In this document: positions 36,485 through 46,618 of the stretch, piece by piece | Layout: the number at the start of each line of letters is the position of its first letter | Numbering within the stretch: the stretch's first letter is position 1 | Assembly: GCA_965207895.1 (NCBI GenBank) | Contig: CBDBNN010000003.1 | Span: 451,755 to 515,754, forward strand | Length of the DNA stretch: 64,000 bases | Direction: 5' to 3' | From: Dehalococcoidia bacterium | GTDB taxonomy: Bacteria > Chloroflexota > Dehalococcoidia > UBA6926 | Notes under the pieces: generated by a model | Databases searched by the model: none | Told to the model about the DNA's origin: nothing | What the model saw: the letters and a program-made list of their open reading frames with translations, nothing else | Program-made: the position numbers and the translations under genes

Positions 36485-38278
36485 CTAGTTGTCCTCCAGC
36501 AGGTACGTGTGCGCATGGCGGTAGAAGTTGCCGTAGGACTGTGACGGAATCGTCGGCATCACGCCGCCGACCCGGTCGGAGAAGACCGGAATCGCCAACT
36601 GGAAGCCGCCCATCGTGCGCACCTGATCCTTCAGGACGATCTCTGCCGCCTGCCACGCCAACTCGCGCCGCGCCTCGCGGTCGAGCTCAATGGACTGCGC
36701 GTCGATCAGCCTGTCCAGCTCAGGGTTGGAGTACTTGCCGTAGTTCCTGCCGGAACCGGAGTAGAAGTACTCATACAGGATGAAGTCCGGGTCAAACCCG
36801 CCGATCCATCCCGCGTGGCCGCCCAGATCGAAGTCGCCGGCGTTCATCCGTGTGTAGTAGTCGGCCGTTTCGAGTTGGCCGGCAACGACATTGAAGCCGA
36901 CCTTCTCAAGGTCTTCAATCACGGTGACTGCGTACACGCTGTAGAACGGGGCGTAAATCATGGTGGCGGACAACTCACCCTGCTCATAGCCCGCGTCCGC
37001 CAGGATCTGGCGCGCCTGCTCCTGGTTCGCCTCAGGATCGCTGTAGTCGTGGCCTGTGATGGCCTTCAGCCGCTCCTCCGGCAGCGCGAAGTAGCTAGTG
37101 GGCAGGAACGGGCCGCCGGTGCCGGGAGCGATCCAGTCGTTGTATCCGAGCTTGATGAGCTTGTTCCGATCAATCGCCAGGCTGATGGCGTCACGCACCG
37201 GCTGGGTGTTCCACGGCTCGCGATTGAAGTTCGGGATGGCGGAGAACATCATGCCGGGGTGAACGGCGGACGCCCACTTCTGGCAGACGTCGCACTCGCG
37301 CAGGAGGGTGTTGGCGTTCGCCCCGTTCCAACCGCCGGCGCTGCCGCCGATGTGGATGCGGCCGGAGCGAAGGCCGGCAACCTGCGACTGGTTGTTGAGA
37401 ATCAGGATCTCGATTCCGTCAAGGTACGGGAACGGCTGATCCCAATAGTCGTCCTTGCGCTCCATGACCATCTTCTCGCCGGAGAGCCAATCTGCGACCA
37501 CGAACGGTCCGGTCCCGATTGGCGGCTCCTCGCGCATTCTATTTGTGTCCTCGGCGTAGAGGTGGCTTGGCTTGACCACGTGATAGGGCAGCCCGATCAC
37601 TTCCAGCATCGACGGCTTGGGGCGGTCCAGATGGAATACCGCCGTCAGGTCGTCTGCGCACGTCACGTTATTCAGAACTGCGAAGTGGGCTGAGCGCGGG
37701 TTGCGCAACAGCCCGTCGCCTGTGCGCAGCGTGTTATACATCCATTCGATATCCGCGCAGGAGAACGCGACGCCATCCGAGAACGTGACGCCATCACGTA
37801 GATTGAACGTCCACGTCAAGCCGTCTTCTGCCTGCTCCCAGTCGGTGGCCAGGTCAGGAACGATGGTCCAATATGCCCCGTCAATGAAGTCCTGCTTGTC
37901 ACCCCAGTCTTGCTTGGAGACGAGCATATTGCCCACCGGATGGCCGTAATGCGGCGCGCTTCCGGCTGCCTCCTCCCAGTTGCTGAAGGTAGGGCCTTCG
38001 GACGTCGTCGCCATGATCAGCGTTCCGCCGTAGCTCGCGTTCGGATCAATCGGAACGCCGCTGATGGAATGGGTCATCATGTCGGTGCTCATGTCGTCGT
38101 CCATGTCATCGTCCATGTCCGTTTCTTCATCCATGTCATCGTCGTCCATGGACGTATCTTCGCTGGACGTGTCAGTGGACGTGTCGTCGTCGTCTGATGT
38201 TGTTCCGCACGCGGACGCAACGACGAGGAACGCCGCCGCCACAAGCGTGAGCAACAGTAGTAACATCCGATTTGTCAT
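36485..38278 (-). CDS. ABC transporter substrate-binding lipoprotein, family 5 (peptide/nickel type)
   Basis: Lipoprotein signal peptide with lipobox VASAC, then a poly-acidic Asp/Met/Thr low-complexity linker, then the SBP_bac_5 fold. Confidence 0.85.
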   Translation of the reverse strand: MTNRMLLLLLTLVAAAFLVVASACGTTSDDDDTSTDTSSEDTSMDDDDMDEETDMDDDMDDDMSTDMMTHSISGVPIDPNASYGGTLIMATTSEGPTFSNWEEAAGSAPHYGHPVGNMLVSKQDWGDKQDFIDGAYWTIVPDLATDWEQAEDGLTWTFNLRDGVTFSDGVAFSCADIEWMYNTLRTGDGLLRNPRSAHFAVLNNVTCADDLTAVFHLDRPKPSMLEVIGLPYHVVKPSHLYAEDTNRMREEPPIGTGPFVVADWLSGEKMVMERKDDYWDQPFPYLDGIEILILNNQSQVAGLRSGRIHIGGSAGGWNGANANTLLRECDVCQKWASAVHPGMMFSAIPNFNREPWNTQPVRDAISLAIDRNKLIKLGYNDWIAPGTGGPFLPTSYFALPEERLKAITGHDYSDPEANQEQARQILADAGYEQGELSATMIYAPFYSVYAVTVIEDLEKVGFNVVAGQLETADYYTRMNAGDFDLGGHAGWIGGFDPDFILYEYFYSGSGRNYGKYSNPELDRLIDAQSIELDREARRELAWQAAEIVLKDQVRTMGGFQLAIPVFSDRVGGVMPTIPSQSYGNFYRHAHTYLLEDN

Positions 38279-38387
38279 TAACCAGCCTCCTCCCCTTTAA
38301 AGGGCTGTTGGTACTAGACGATAATGAACCGCCTACAGACAAGGGTCAATACCTAGTTATGCAAAGTTGTGTGGGGAGAAGGGGCCG

Positions 38388-40052
38388 TCACATGGATTCC
38401 GGCGCTGTCATCCCCATCAACGTCAACGCGTTTCGCAGAACCGTGCCCGCCGCCTGTGTGAGTCGCAGCCGTGCCAGCGTCACGTGTGATTCTTCTCCCA
38501 AAACGCGATGTTTCGTATAGAAATCATGAAATGCCGTGGCGAGTTCATAGGAATAGTGCGGCAGATGGTGCGGCTCCAGGTTGCGCGCTGCCAGTTCCAC
38601 AACTTCCGGAAAACGGAGCATCGTGCGAGCCAGCTGAAGCTCTGCGTCTTCAGTCAGCGCGTCGAAGTCGGCGTCCTGCGACGTATCGTCAGGGTCGATG
38701 CCATTTTCTCGAGCATTGCGAAGGATGGATGAGATGCGGGCGAAGGCGTACTGGATGTAGTAGACGGGGTTATCGGGAGCTTCTTTCTTGGCCAACTCAA
38801 GATCGAAATCCATCTGGGAATCCGCCGACCGCGCCAGGAAGAAATACCGGCAGGCATCCGGGCCCACCTCGCTAATCACCTCTGCCAGTGTGATGATGTC
38901 GCCCGTCCGCTTGGATACCCGCACGACCTCATCCCCACGCTTGAGGGTGACAAGCTGGACGAGGATGAATTGCAGACGTTCCGGGTCGACGTCCAGCGCC
39001 TTAACCACCGCCTTCATGCGCGGCACGTGCCCCTGGTGATCCGCGCCCCATACGTTGACCACGCGATCGAAACTCCGCCCCAGGAACTTGTCGTAGTGAT
39101 AGGCGATGTCTGAGGCGAAATACGTTGGCGCGCCAGTTTGTCGTACCAGCACACTGTCACGTTCGTCGCCCAGATCGGTGCCGGTGAACCAGACTGCACC
39201 CTCGCGCTCAGCCGTGTAGCCGTTTGCGCGAACCTCGTCGATCGCCTTTTCGTATGTCCCGTCCGCAAACAGGGAGCGCTCACTGAACCAGCGGTCAAAG
39301 CGAACGTCGATGAGTTCGAGGTCTTCGCGGATAGAGTCAATCATCCGCGCCATGCCGATTTCGCCGAGCTCACGGATGCCGTCCTCGCCGTCTGCGAATT
39401 GCTCACCGTAATCCGAGGCCAGCTCTTGTCCGAGCTCTACGAGGTACGCGCCGTGGTAGCCCTCCGTCGGAAATTCCGCGTCTCTCTCCAACGCCTGCAG
39501 GTAGCGGGCGTGGAGGGACTCAAAGAAATTGTCCATCTGGCTGCCGGCGTCATTCACGTAGTATTCGCGCTGGACGGCGTAGCCGGACGCCTCCAGCACG
39601 TTCGCGACGGCGCTGCCCTGTACCGCCCCGCGACCATGGCCGACGTGAACGGGGCCCGTTGGATTCACACTGACGAACTCAACCTGTGCGCTGATGCCCG
39701 TTCCGCTCGTTCCGTGCCCGAAGCGGTCTCCCTCGGCCAGGATCGTACCCACCTGCTGCATGATCCAGCGCGCATCCAGACCGAAATTGACAAATCCGGG
39801 CGGCGCGACGGTCACCGAGGTGACCTCCTCTTGCTCCGGCAGACGCTCACGCAAGATTTCCGCGATGGCCAGCGGTGACATCCGCGCGGATCGGGCCATT
39901 TTAAGCGGCAGACTGGAGGCGTAGTCGCCGTGTTCCTGGTTCTGTGGCCGCTCCACGGCGGGGTCCTGGTGCTCAAGGGCAGGCAGCGCGCCATCGGCCT
40001 GCGCGCGGCGCAGCGCCTCGGAGAGCATGTCAGAGATTGTGTCCTTGATCAT
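38388..40052 (-). CDS. argS: arginine--tRNA ligase
   Basis: HIGH-type motif PTGPVHVGHGRG and a C-terminal DALR anticodon-binding region. Confidence 0.95.
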   Translation of the reverse strand: MIKDTISDMLSEALRRAQADGALPALEHQDPAVERPQNQEHGDYASSLPLKMARSARMSPLAIAEILRERLPEQEEVTSVTVAPPGFVNFGLDARWIMQQVGTILAEGDRFGHGTSGTGISAQVEFVSVNPTGPVHVGHGRGAVQGSAVANVLEASGYAVQREYYVNDAGSQMDNFFESLHARYLQALERDAEFPTEGYHGAYLVELGQELASDYGEQFADGEDGIRELGEIGMARMIDSIREDLELIDVRFDRWFSERSLFADGTYEKAIDEVRANGYTAEREGAVWFTGTDLGDERDSVLVRQTGAPTYFASDIAYHYDKFLGRSFDRVVNVWGADHQGHVPRMKAVVKALDVDPERLQFILVQLVTLKRGDEVVRVSKRTGDIITLAEVISEVGPDACRYFFLARSADSQMDFDLELAKKEAPDNPVYYIQYAFARISSILRNARENGIDPDDTSQDADFDALTEDAELQLARTMLRFPEVVELAARNLEPHHLPHYSYELATAFHDFYTKHRVLGEESHVTLARLRLTQAAGTVLRNALTLMGMTAPESM

Positions 40053-40194
40053 GGGAACTTAAAGTATGCCACCTAAGGGAATTCGGAGCGAAACGAGAAA
40101 CCTATAGAGGGTGTGACTGTTTGAGAGCCGGAACGCGGCACACAACCTATTCCAAGGTCAAAGCCTGACCGCGAACCTTGGCTGTCGGCACTGC

Positions 40195-42894
40195 CTACCC
40201 GCCCTCCGGCGCGTCGCTCACACGCTCCCAGAATCGCTTTAGTTCTACCTTCAGGGGCGCATGTTTGTCCTGCGATAACTCCGGGTCATGCGCCGCGACG
40301 GCCAGCGCATGCCGCCGCGCCTCTTCAATGAGCGCCAGATCGGCGAATGTCGCGACCTGCAGGTCCGGCAGTCCGCTTTGTCGCGTGCCAAGAAGTTCTC
40401 CCGGTCCGCGCAATTGAAGGTCGGCCTCCGCCACCTTGAATCCGTCGCTCGTGTTCTCCATCACCGATAGCCGTTTATTGACCTCTTCCGTGTCTGACTC
40501 AGAGACAAGGATGCAGTAGCTGTTCTCCGTGCCGCGCCCCACTCGTCCCCGGTACTGGTGCAGCTGGGACAGGCCGAAGCGATCCGCTCCGTCAATCATC
40601 ATCACCGTCGCGTTGGGAACGTCGATACCGACCTCTACAACAGCAGTAGACACAAGCACGTCAACATCACCCCCGTGCAGCGCGTCCATGACGCGATCCT
40701 TCTCCGCAGCCCGCATCCGGCCGTGGAGCAGCCCAACGCTCAGGTCAGGAAAGACCTCCCGGGAGAGTCGTTCATGCTCTGCCACCGCCGCCTTGGCCGC
40801 CACAGCCTCGGACTCCTCGACCAGTGGGCAGATGATGAATGATTGCCGACCCTCTCCCGCCTCTCTGCGGATGAATCCGTAAGCCCGCTCGCGCTCGTGC
40901 GGCGGGACAATGGCAGTTCTGATGGGCGGCCTTCCGGGTGGCATCTCATGAATGGTTGAAACATCCAGGTCGCCATAGATCGCAAGCGCCAGCGTGCGCG
41001 GGATAGGGGTTGCGGTCATGACGAGCAGGTGTGGTGCAAAGCCCTTGTTGCGGAGCGAGGCCCGCTGCTCAACGCCAAACCGGTGCTGCTCGTCCACCAC
41101 CGCAAGTCCGAGATTATTGAAAGCGACCCCTTCCTGGATCAGCGCGTGTGTGCCGATGACGATATCAACGTCGCCCCGGGCGATGAGATCATGCAGCTGC
41201 GATTTCGCGCCTGCCGCCATGCTGCCCGTCAGGCGAGCGATGCGGAGCGGTCTGTCCGGCAGGATTCCGCTGAAGCCTCGATAGGGACCTCCGTCATTCG
41301 CCTCCCGGTTTCCGTAACTGAAGACGCCCGTGAGGGTACGGAAATGCTGTTCCGCAAGCACCTCCGTCGGGGCCATCAAAGCACCCTGGAAGCCGTTCGC
41401 CGCGGCTGTCACGAGGGCCAGCGCCGCGACAACCGTCTTGCCACTGCCAACGTCGCCCTGCAAGAGCCGCATCATCGGCGCGCTCCCGCCAATGTCCGTC
41501 AGTATCTCTTCCACCACATGATCCTGGTCGGCCGTCAGCGTGAAGGGCAGGGCGCTCAGCACATTCTTGACAGCCTCGTCGCTGCGCGGGATCGGCGCGC
41601 CAAGCTCTCGCTGCTGCTGCCTCCGCCGTTCCAGCAAACCGAGTTGGAGGAGGAAGAGTTCATCGAACGCCAGCCGACGGCGCGCCCGCTCGTCGTCGGA
41701 CAAGTCCGAGGGGTGATGAATGAGGCCGAGGGCCTGTCGCAGCCCCGGCAGGTTCGCCGTTCGAATGATGTCATCCGGCAAGAATTCCTCTACGAGCGGC
41801 AGCGCCCGTTCCGCCGCCGGGCCGATCAGCCGCCTCATCCCGCTCTGTGTCACCCCTTTGGTAAGCGGGTAAATGGGGACTAACTCGCCGGCAGCCATCC
41901 TGTCCTCAGCCCGAAGCTGCTCATACGTCTCCACCTGGAACTGCGCCCGGTTGCGATATTCTCCAAGCCGACCAATCAGGAGCAGCCGCGCCCCTTTCTT
42001 GAGATTTCTCATGACCCACGGGTTGCCGAACCAGACCGCCTTCACCTGCCCCGTGGCATCGCTGACCGCCGCCTCGACGCGCATGACCTGGCGGCCCCTG
42101 GTGTAGCCTCCCCCGCCCGCCCTCTCAACGCGAACGGAGATAGCGGTCTGCTCCCCGTAGGTCAGCCGTGCGATGGGTGAGACGGGCACGTACCGCCGTG
42201 GAAAAGCCCAGAGCGCATCGCGATACGTCTCAACGCCCAGCTTTCCAAGGCCCGCCTTCATTCGCGATGGCGCGTCCAACGGGTCATCGAGCGACGTGAC
42301 CGGCGTCACCTTTGGAGCGGGCTTGGGAACATTGCGCCGCGTTGGTTTGGGCGGCGCGATCCTCTCTGCCGGGGATCGATGTTCCGTTCTCGAACGAGTA
42401 GTCGAGACTTCTTCCACCCGATCCCAACCCGGGTCGGGCGGCACGTCCATCCGTTGCGGAGGCTGTCGTCGTTCCACCGTGTCCGCGGTGACAGGGCCAC
42501 GTGTGGCGCCGGGATTTTCTGACGGTTCGTGCACTCTCTCCGTCTGAGGCCGCTCCGAATCCGAGACTGGCTCGGAATCGCGCAGTTGTTCCAGTGTCTC
42601 GCGTATCCACGCTGCGCGCGCGTCCGGCAGCAGATCGTCATAACCTGGCAGACCGATGCCCGCTACATCCAACGCGCGCTTAACGTCCGGGTCTTCAATC
42701 CATCTCTCAAGGAATGCGTCCAGTCCGCCGATGACGGCGCGGTTTGCGTGGTTCTGGTCGCGTTCAAGGCGCAGAACATGGCGAATTGTTTCAACTTTGC
42801 GCGTGACGCGCTCGTCCTGTGCCGCAGGGGTAGACGATGGCTCGCTTTGAGATGCGCGGCTGGGGCCGACAGGCAAGCGGCCCTGTGTCATGGT
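40195..42894 (-). CDS. recG: ATP-dependent DNA helicase RecG with a long low-complexity N-terminal extension
   Basis: Walker A GDVGSGKT, DEQHRFG motif, TATPIPRTL and RGRVGRG motifs. Start moved to MTQGRL, just downstream of the DegV stop. About 240 N-terminal residues are Pro/Glu/Arg/Thr-rich. Confidence 0.9.
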   Translation of the reverse strand, partial: TMTQGRLPVGPSRASQSEPSSTPAAQDERVTRKVETIRHVLRLERDQNHANRAVIGGLDAFLERWIEDPDVKRALDVAGIGLPGYDDLLPDARAAWIRETLEQLRDSEPVSDSERPQTERVHEPSENPGATRGPVTADTVERRQPPQRMDVPPDPGWDRVEEVSTTRSRTEHRSPAERIAPPKPTRRNVPKPAPKVTPVTSLDDPLDAPSRMKAGLGKLGVETYRDALWAFPRRYVPVSPIARLTYGEQTAISVRVERAGGGGYTRGRQVMRVEAAVSDATGQVKAVWFGNPWVMRNLKKGARLLLIGRLGEYRNRAQFQVETYEQLRAEDRMAAGELVPIYPLTKGVTQSGMRRLIGPAAERALPLVEEFLPDDIIRTANLPGLRQALGLIHHPSDLSDDERARRRLAFDELFLLQLGLLERRRQQQRELGAPIPRSDEAVKNVLSALPFTLTADQDHVVEEILTDIGGSAPMMRLLQGDVGSGKTVVAALALVTAAANGFQGALMAPTEVLAEQHFRTLTGVFSYGNREANDGGPYRGFSGILPDRPLRIARLTGSMAAGAKSQLHDLIARGDVDIVIGTHALIQEGVAFNNLGLAVVDEQHRFGVEQRASLRNKGFAPHLLVMTATPIPRTLALAIYGDLDVSTIHEMPPGRPPIRTAIVPPHERERAYGFIRREAGEGRQSFIICPLVEESEAVAAKAAVAEHERLSREVFPDLSVGLLHGRMRAAEKDRVMDALHGGDVDVLVSTAVVEVGIDVPNATVMMIDGADRFGLSQLHQYRGRVGRGTENSYCILVSESDTEEVNKRLSVMENTSDGFKVAEADLQLRGPGELLGTRQSGLPDLQVATFADLALIEEARRHALAVAAHDPELSQDKHAPLKVELKRFWERVSDAPEGG

Positions 42895-42904
42895 TGAATC
42901 CCCG

Positions 42905-43822
42905 TCACCGTCCGGGCGGCGAAACAATTGCGACGCCAATGCACCCCGGCCCGGCGTAGGTTCCCACCGCCGCGCCGATTGTATAGACGGGCACGTCATC
43001 AAGGCTGAGGCGCTCCTTGGCGCGGCCAGCCATCTCTTGTGCCCGATCATGATCTGTCGTGCTGGCGTAGGCGAGCTGTTCAAGGTCTCCGCTTTCTAGC
43101 GCCAGTGACTCAAGGCGCGCATGCGCCTTGGCGCGAGAGCGTACACGTTCCAATGGATGAACCTCGCCGTCGCGAAACTCCAGCACCGGCTTGACACTCA
43201 GCAGCCCGCCAAGGAACCGCTGTGCCTTGCCGATCCGGCCGCCACGGGCCAGGTATTCCAGAGTATCGACTGCGAAATAGATGCGGGTTCGGCTAGCCGT
43301 ATCGCGCGCCCATTCAGCGAGTTCCTCAATCCCCATTCCGTCCTGCGCCCTTTGCACAGCGCCTTGCGCAAGAACCCCGAGGCCCATCGCGACCAGCAGG
43401 GAGTCCACAACCTCAATGACGGCGTCGGGATGGTCTTTCAGAGTCATATCCCTGCCAATCAGCGCTGAGTTGTATGTTCCACTCAGCTTGGACGAGCAGG
43501 TCAGTGCCAAAACAGGGCCGTTGGGCGCCAACGCAGAGAATGCGTCGGCGAAGTCCTGTGGCGACGGCTGTGCCGTCTTTGGGAAAGTGCGTCCCTGTTG
43601 CAGACGATCATAGAACTCTCCACTGCGGATGGTGACACCATCGCGGAATTGTTCCTCGCCGAAAAAGACATACGCCGGGACAATTGTGATTCCGGCTCGC
43701 TCGGCGTCCTCCTGACCGATATCGGACGTGCTGTCGGTGACGATCTGTACCGTGCTCTGGGATGCGCTTGTCACATGAACCTCCGGATGGTCCCCGCGCG
43801 CCCGTGCGGACGCTATTGGCAC
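42905..43822 (-). CDS. DegV family fatty-acid-binding protein
   Basis: DegV hallmark IVTDSTSDI near the N-terminus and overall DegV length. Confidence 0.85.
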   Translation of the reverse strand: MPIASARARGDHPEVHVTSASQSTVQIVTDSTSDIGQEDAERAGITIVPAYVFFGEEQFRDGVTIRSGEFYDRLQQGRTFPKTAQPSPQDFADAFSALAPNGPVLALTCSSKLSGTYNSALIGRDMTLKDHPDAVIEVVDSLLVAMGLGVLAQGAVQRAQDGMGIEELAEWARDTASRTRIYFAVDTLEYLARGGRIGKAQRFLGGLLSVKPVLEFRDGEVHPLERVRSRAKAHARLESLALESGDLEQLAYASTTDHDRAQEMAGRAKERLSLDDVPVYTIGAAVGTYAGPGCIGVAIVSPPGR

Positions 43823-43963
43823 AATGCCAACAACCCGTCACCCTGTCAACGCAAGTGAGGACATCAGTGCGAGGCCGATTACACTTGGTTCACGCCATAA
43901 ACCGTGCAGGTCGTGATGTTCTGAGTAGTCTTGAGCGCATAGGATCTGTTCAGGCCACGGCGT

Positions 43964-45490
43964 GTGGAGGTTGGGCGTCGAATGAAAGGGCTATTCGCCG
44001 CGGGCACGCTGTTTCTGTTGGTTGTTATTGCGATCACCTTGGCTGGAGCTTTCCCCTCTGTTTGGGATTACACATTCACGGGGTTTTGCGGCCAACTCTG
44101 TGAGGAGGATTTTTGGGAATCAGCAACGTTGGAGGATGTAAGAGCGAAGATTGACGGCGGCACTAACGTCAATGCGAGGAGGACGCACGACGAGAATTCG
44201 CCACTGCACGTTGCGCTGCGACAGGCCGTCGATCCTGCAATCGTCGAACTTCTGCTAATCTCCGGGGCAGACCCGAATGCAGCCGGCTACAGGCACCTTG
44301 GAAACCGAAGACTCCCAAAGCGGCTGAGTCCAAGAAGCCCCCTGCAAATGGCCACAGAATACGGTGAGCATGATCCGGCCGTCATACGACTCCTTCTGGA
44401 ATATGGCGCTGACCCCAACCCCGAAACCGAGGCCCAGGATGGCAGCTACGCTCTAAGATCAAACTCCCCACTTGTCTACGCTACCTTGCGCCCGACCACA
44501 TATGGCCGTGAAATTATCGACGCCCTGCTGAGTTACGGGGCGGATCACGAGGCACGGGCAAAAACCCGGAGCGGCCTTGGCGCAACACCACTTCAACTCG
44601 CGGCGGCACACGCGGATGCCGCCACCCTCAATGTGTTTGGGCAACACGGGGTGGGCATCAATAGCCAGTTAGACAGTGAGGGATCCGGAGAACATTGCAA
44701 GTATGGATGGATTCTGCGTACGGCGGCCCAGTATAATCCGCACCCTGACACTGTCAATTTCATCGTTGAACAAGGAGTTGGCGTCAACTGCGTGAATGAC
44801 GAAGGTGTAACTCCCCTCCACCTAGCGGCTCAACACAATGGGAATCTCGAAGTGGTTCAAGCTCTGCTGGAACTCGGGGCGGATGTCAACGCAAGAACCA
44901 TTCGATATGCGTATGGTTCTCCGCTCTCGCTACATACTGGTGTTACGCCCCTCCACGCGGCTCTCTTAGGCGACCATTGTCAGGAGGTGGGCCACTGCCT
45001 GAGTGTCGGAGCCCGACTGCTGTCACACGGCGCTAATGCCGATGCGCATACCTCGGGAGACGTAACTCCTCTTCACCTGGGTGCCACAACTGGAGTTGAC
45101 GCCGAAGTGATCCGGTTGCTGCTACATCAGGGCGCCGACGCTTCAGTTGTGACATCTAGGGGTAAAGGTAAATCTGTATTGCATTCCGCGCTATCCGGAA
45201 CCCGCGAAGCCAATCCTGAAGTAATCGCCCTGTTGTTGGACAACGGCGCGCCAATCCCTTGGCGGACGAAGAGTAGAGGATACGGTAACGCTAACCTGCA
45301 CCAAGCTCAAGCGATCCACTGGGCGGTATTCAACGAGGCTCCACTTGAGGTACTCAAAATACTCATCGACCGCGGCGCCAATCTGAATTCGAAAAATGCG
45401 GTGGGCAACACGCCATGCAAACTGGCCCAGAGGGACAGCTACGTGAGAAGCAGTTACTGGGACGCCGCCGCCGAGTTGCTCTGCCACTAG
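43964..45490 (+). CDS. secreted/membrane-anchored ankyrin-repeat protein
   Basis: N-terminal hydrophobic signal/anchor (LFAAGTLFLLVVIAITLAGA). About 12 ANK repeats (SPLHVALRQAVDPAIVELLLISGADPNA; TPLHLAAQHNGNLEVVQALLELGADVNA, and so on). Confidence 0.8.
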   Translation: MEVGRRMKGLFAAGTLFLLVVIAITLAGAFPSVWDYTFTGFCGQLCEEDFWESATLEDVRAKIDGGTNVNARRTHDENSPLHVALRQAVDPAIVELLLISGADPNAAGYRHLGNRRLPKRLSPRSPLQMATEYGEHDPAVIRLLLEYGADPNPETEAQDGSYALRSNSPLVYATLRPTTYGREIIDALLSYGADHEARAKTRSGLGATPLQLAAAHADAATLNVFGQHGVGINSQLDSEGSGEHCKYGWILRTAAQYNPHPDTVNFIVEQGVGVNCVNDEGVTPLHLAAQHNGNLEVVQALLELGADVNARTIRYAYGSPLSLHTGVTPLHAALLGDHCQEVGHCLSVGARLLSHGANADAHTSGDVTPLHLGATTGVDAEVIRLLLHQGADASVVTSRGKGKSVLHSALSGTREANPEVIALLLDNGAPIPWRTKSRGYGNANLHQAQAIHWAVFNEAPLEVLKILIDRGANLNSKNAVGNTPCKLAQRDSYVRSSYWDAAAELLCH

Positions 45491-45873
45491 TTCCTCTGTG
45501 ATGCAACCGCGCTCCCATATGACATGGGTCCGGCGTTAGGCAGCCCTCCGAACTCCGCGCCGTCGCTCCGCCGGGGATGGCGTCTGCCTGAGGCCCCACT
45601 GGACCTCGCGCCGATACCTCGCCGGACCGTAGGCGGCAGGGCTCCGAGTGGCTGTGCTGCCGGTTGATGGCTTGCCCTGTGGCCTCATTGGTGTCGTCGT
45701 CATGTTTATCCCCTGTCTCCCTCTGAGCGCCCCTTACTGCCATTCAACGCATGCATGCAAACGGGATGCGCTCGTGTGTTCTATTACATACAGAATAGCA
45801 CGGGCGTTCCATAATGCAAGTCTTGGACAAACGTGCAGTAGGCGACCGTTCGGCGGATGTATAGTGAGGCAAG

Positions 45874-46605
45874 TTGGAGACTAGTAAGGACACGGTCGTG
45901 ATTGAACTTGAAGGTATTGCCAAGCGCTACGAGGTTGGCGCAATCACCGTTACCGCCCTGGAAAATGTCGACCTGACCATCAATGAGGGTGAATTTGTGG
46001 TCGTTCTCGGCCCATCCGGCAGTGGCAAGACAACGCTGCTGAATATGATTGGGGCGTTGGATACCCCCACCGAGGGTCGCATAACGGTGCATGGGCAGGA
46101 GGTCACGGGCGCGTCAAAGGGTCAACTCTTTGCGTATCGCCGCTCTAAGGTGAGTTTCATCTTCCAGAGCTTCAACCTGTTCCCCGGACTTACTGCACGT
46201 GAAAACGTGCAATTCGGGATTGATGCCGCCGAGAAGCGCAACGGTAATGGGCCCGGGGCAGTCGATGTGCTAACGGATGTCGGTCTTGGCGAGCGCGTCG
46301 CTCATTTCCCACATGAACTCTCCGGCGGCGAGCAGCAGCGCGTGGCCATTGCTCGTGCCCTCGCAACGGGCAATCCCGTTGTTCTTGCCGATGAGCCGAC
46401 CGGCGAACTGGATTTCACCACCGGCGCCCAGATCCTTGAGCTGCTGCGCCGCCAGTCAGAATCCGGAAAGACAATCCTGGTTGTCACACACAACAGGGAG
46501 ATCTCCCGCATGGCGGATCGTGTCATCGAGCTGAGCAGCGGCAACATTGTTCATGACGGGCCGCCGGAGGGCGGCCGTGCCGCCATCTCTGATCTGCGCT
46601 GGTAG
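45874..46605 (+). CDS. ABC transporter ATP-binding protein (MacB/LolD-like)
   Basis: Walker A GPSGSGKTT, ABC signature LSGGEQQRVAIARAL, Walker B VLADEPTGELD. Confidence 0.9.
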   Translation: METSKDTVVIELEGIAKRYEVGAITVTALENVDLTINEGEFVVVLGPSGSGKTTLLNMIGALDTPTEGRITVHGQEVTGASKGQLFAYRRSKVSFIFQSFNLFPGLTARENVQFGIDAAEKRNGNGPGAVDVLTDVGLGERVAHFPHELSGGEQQRVAIARALATGNPVVLADEPTGELDFTTGAQILELLRRQSESGKTILVVTHNREISRMADRVIELSSGNIVHDGPPEGGRAAISDLRW

Positions 46606-46618
46606 TCGGATCCCATCA

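Noticed and set aside
36815-37693. 292-aa plus-strand ORF
   Set aside because: Antisense to the substrate-binding protein gene.
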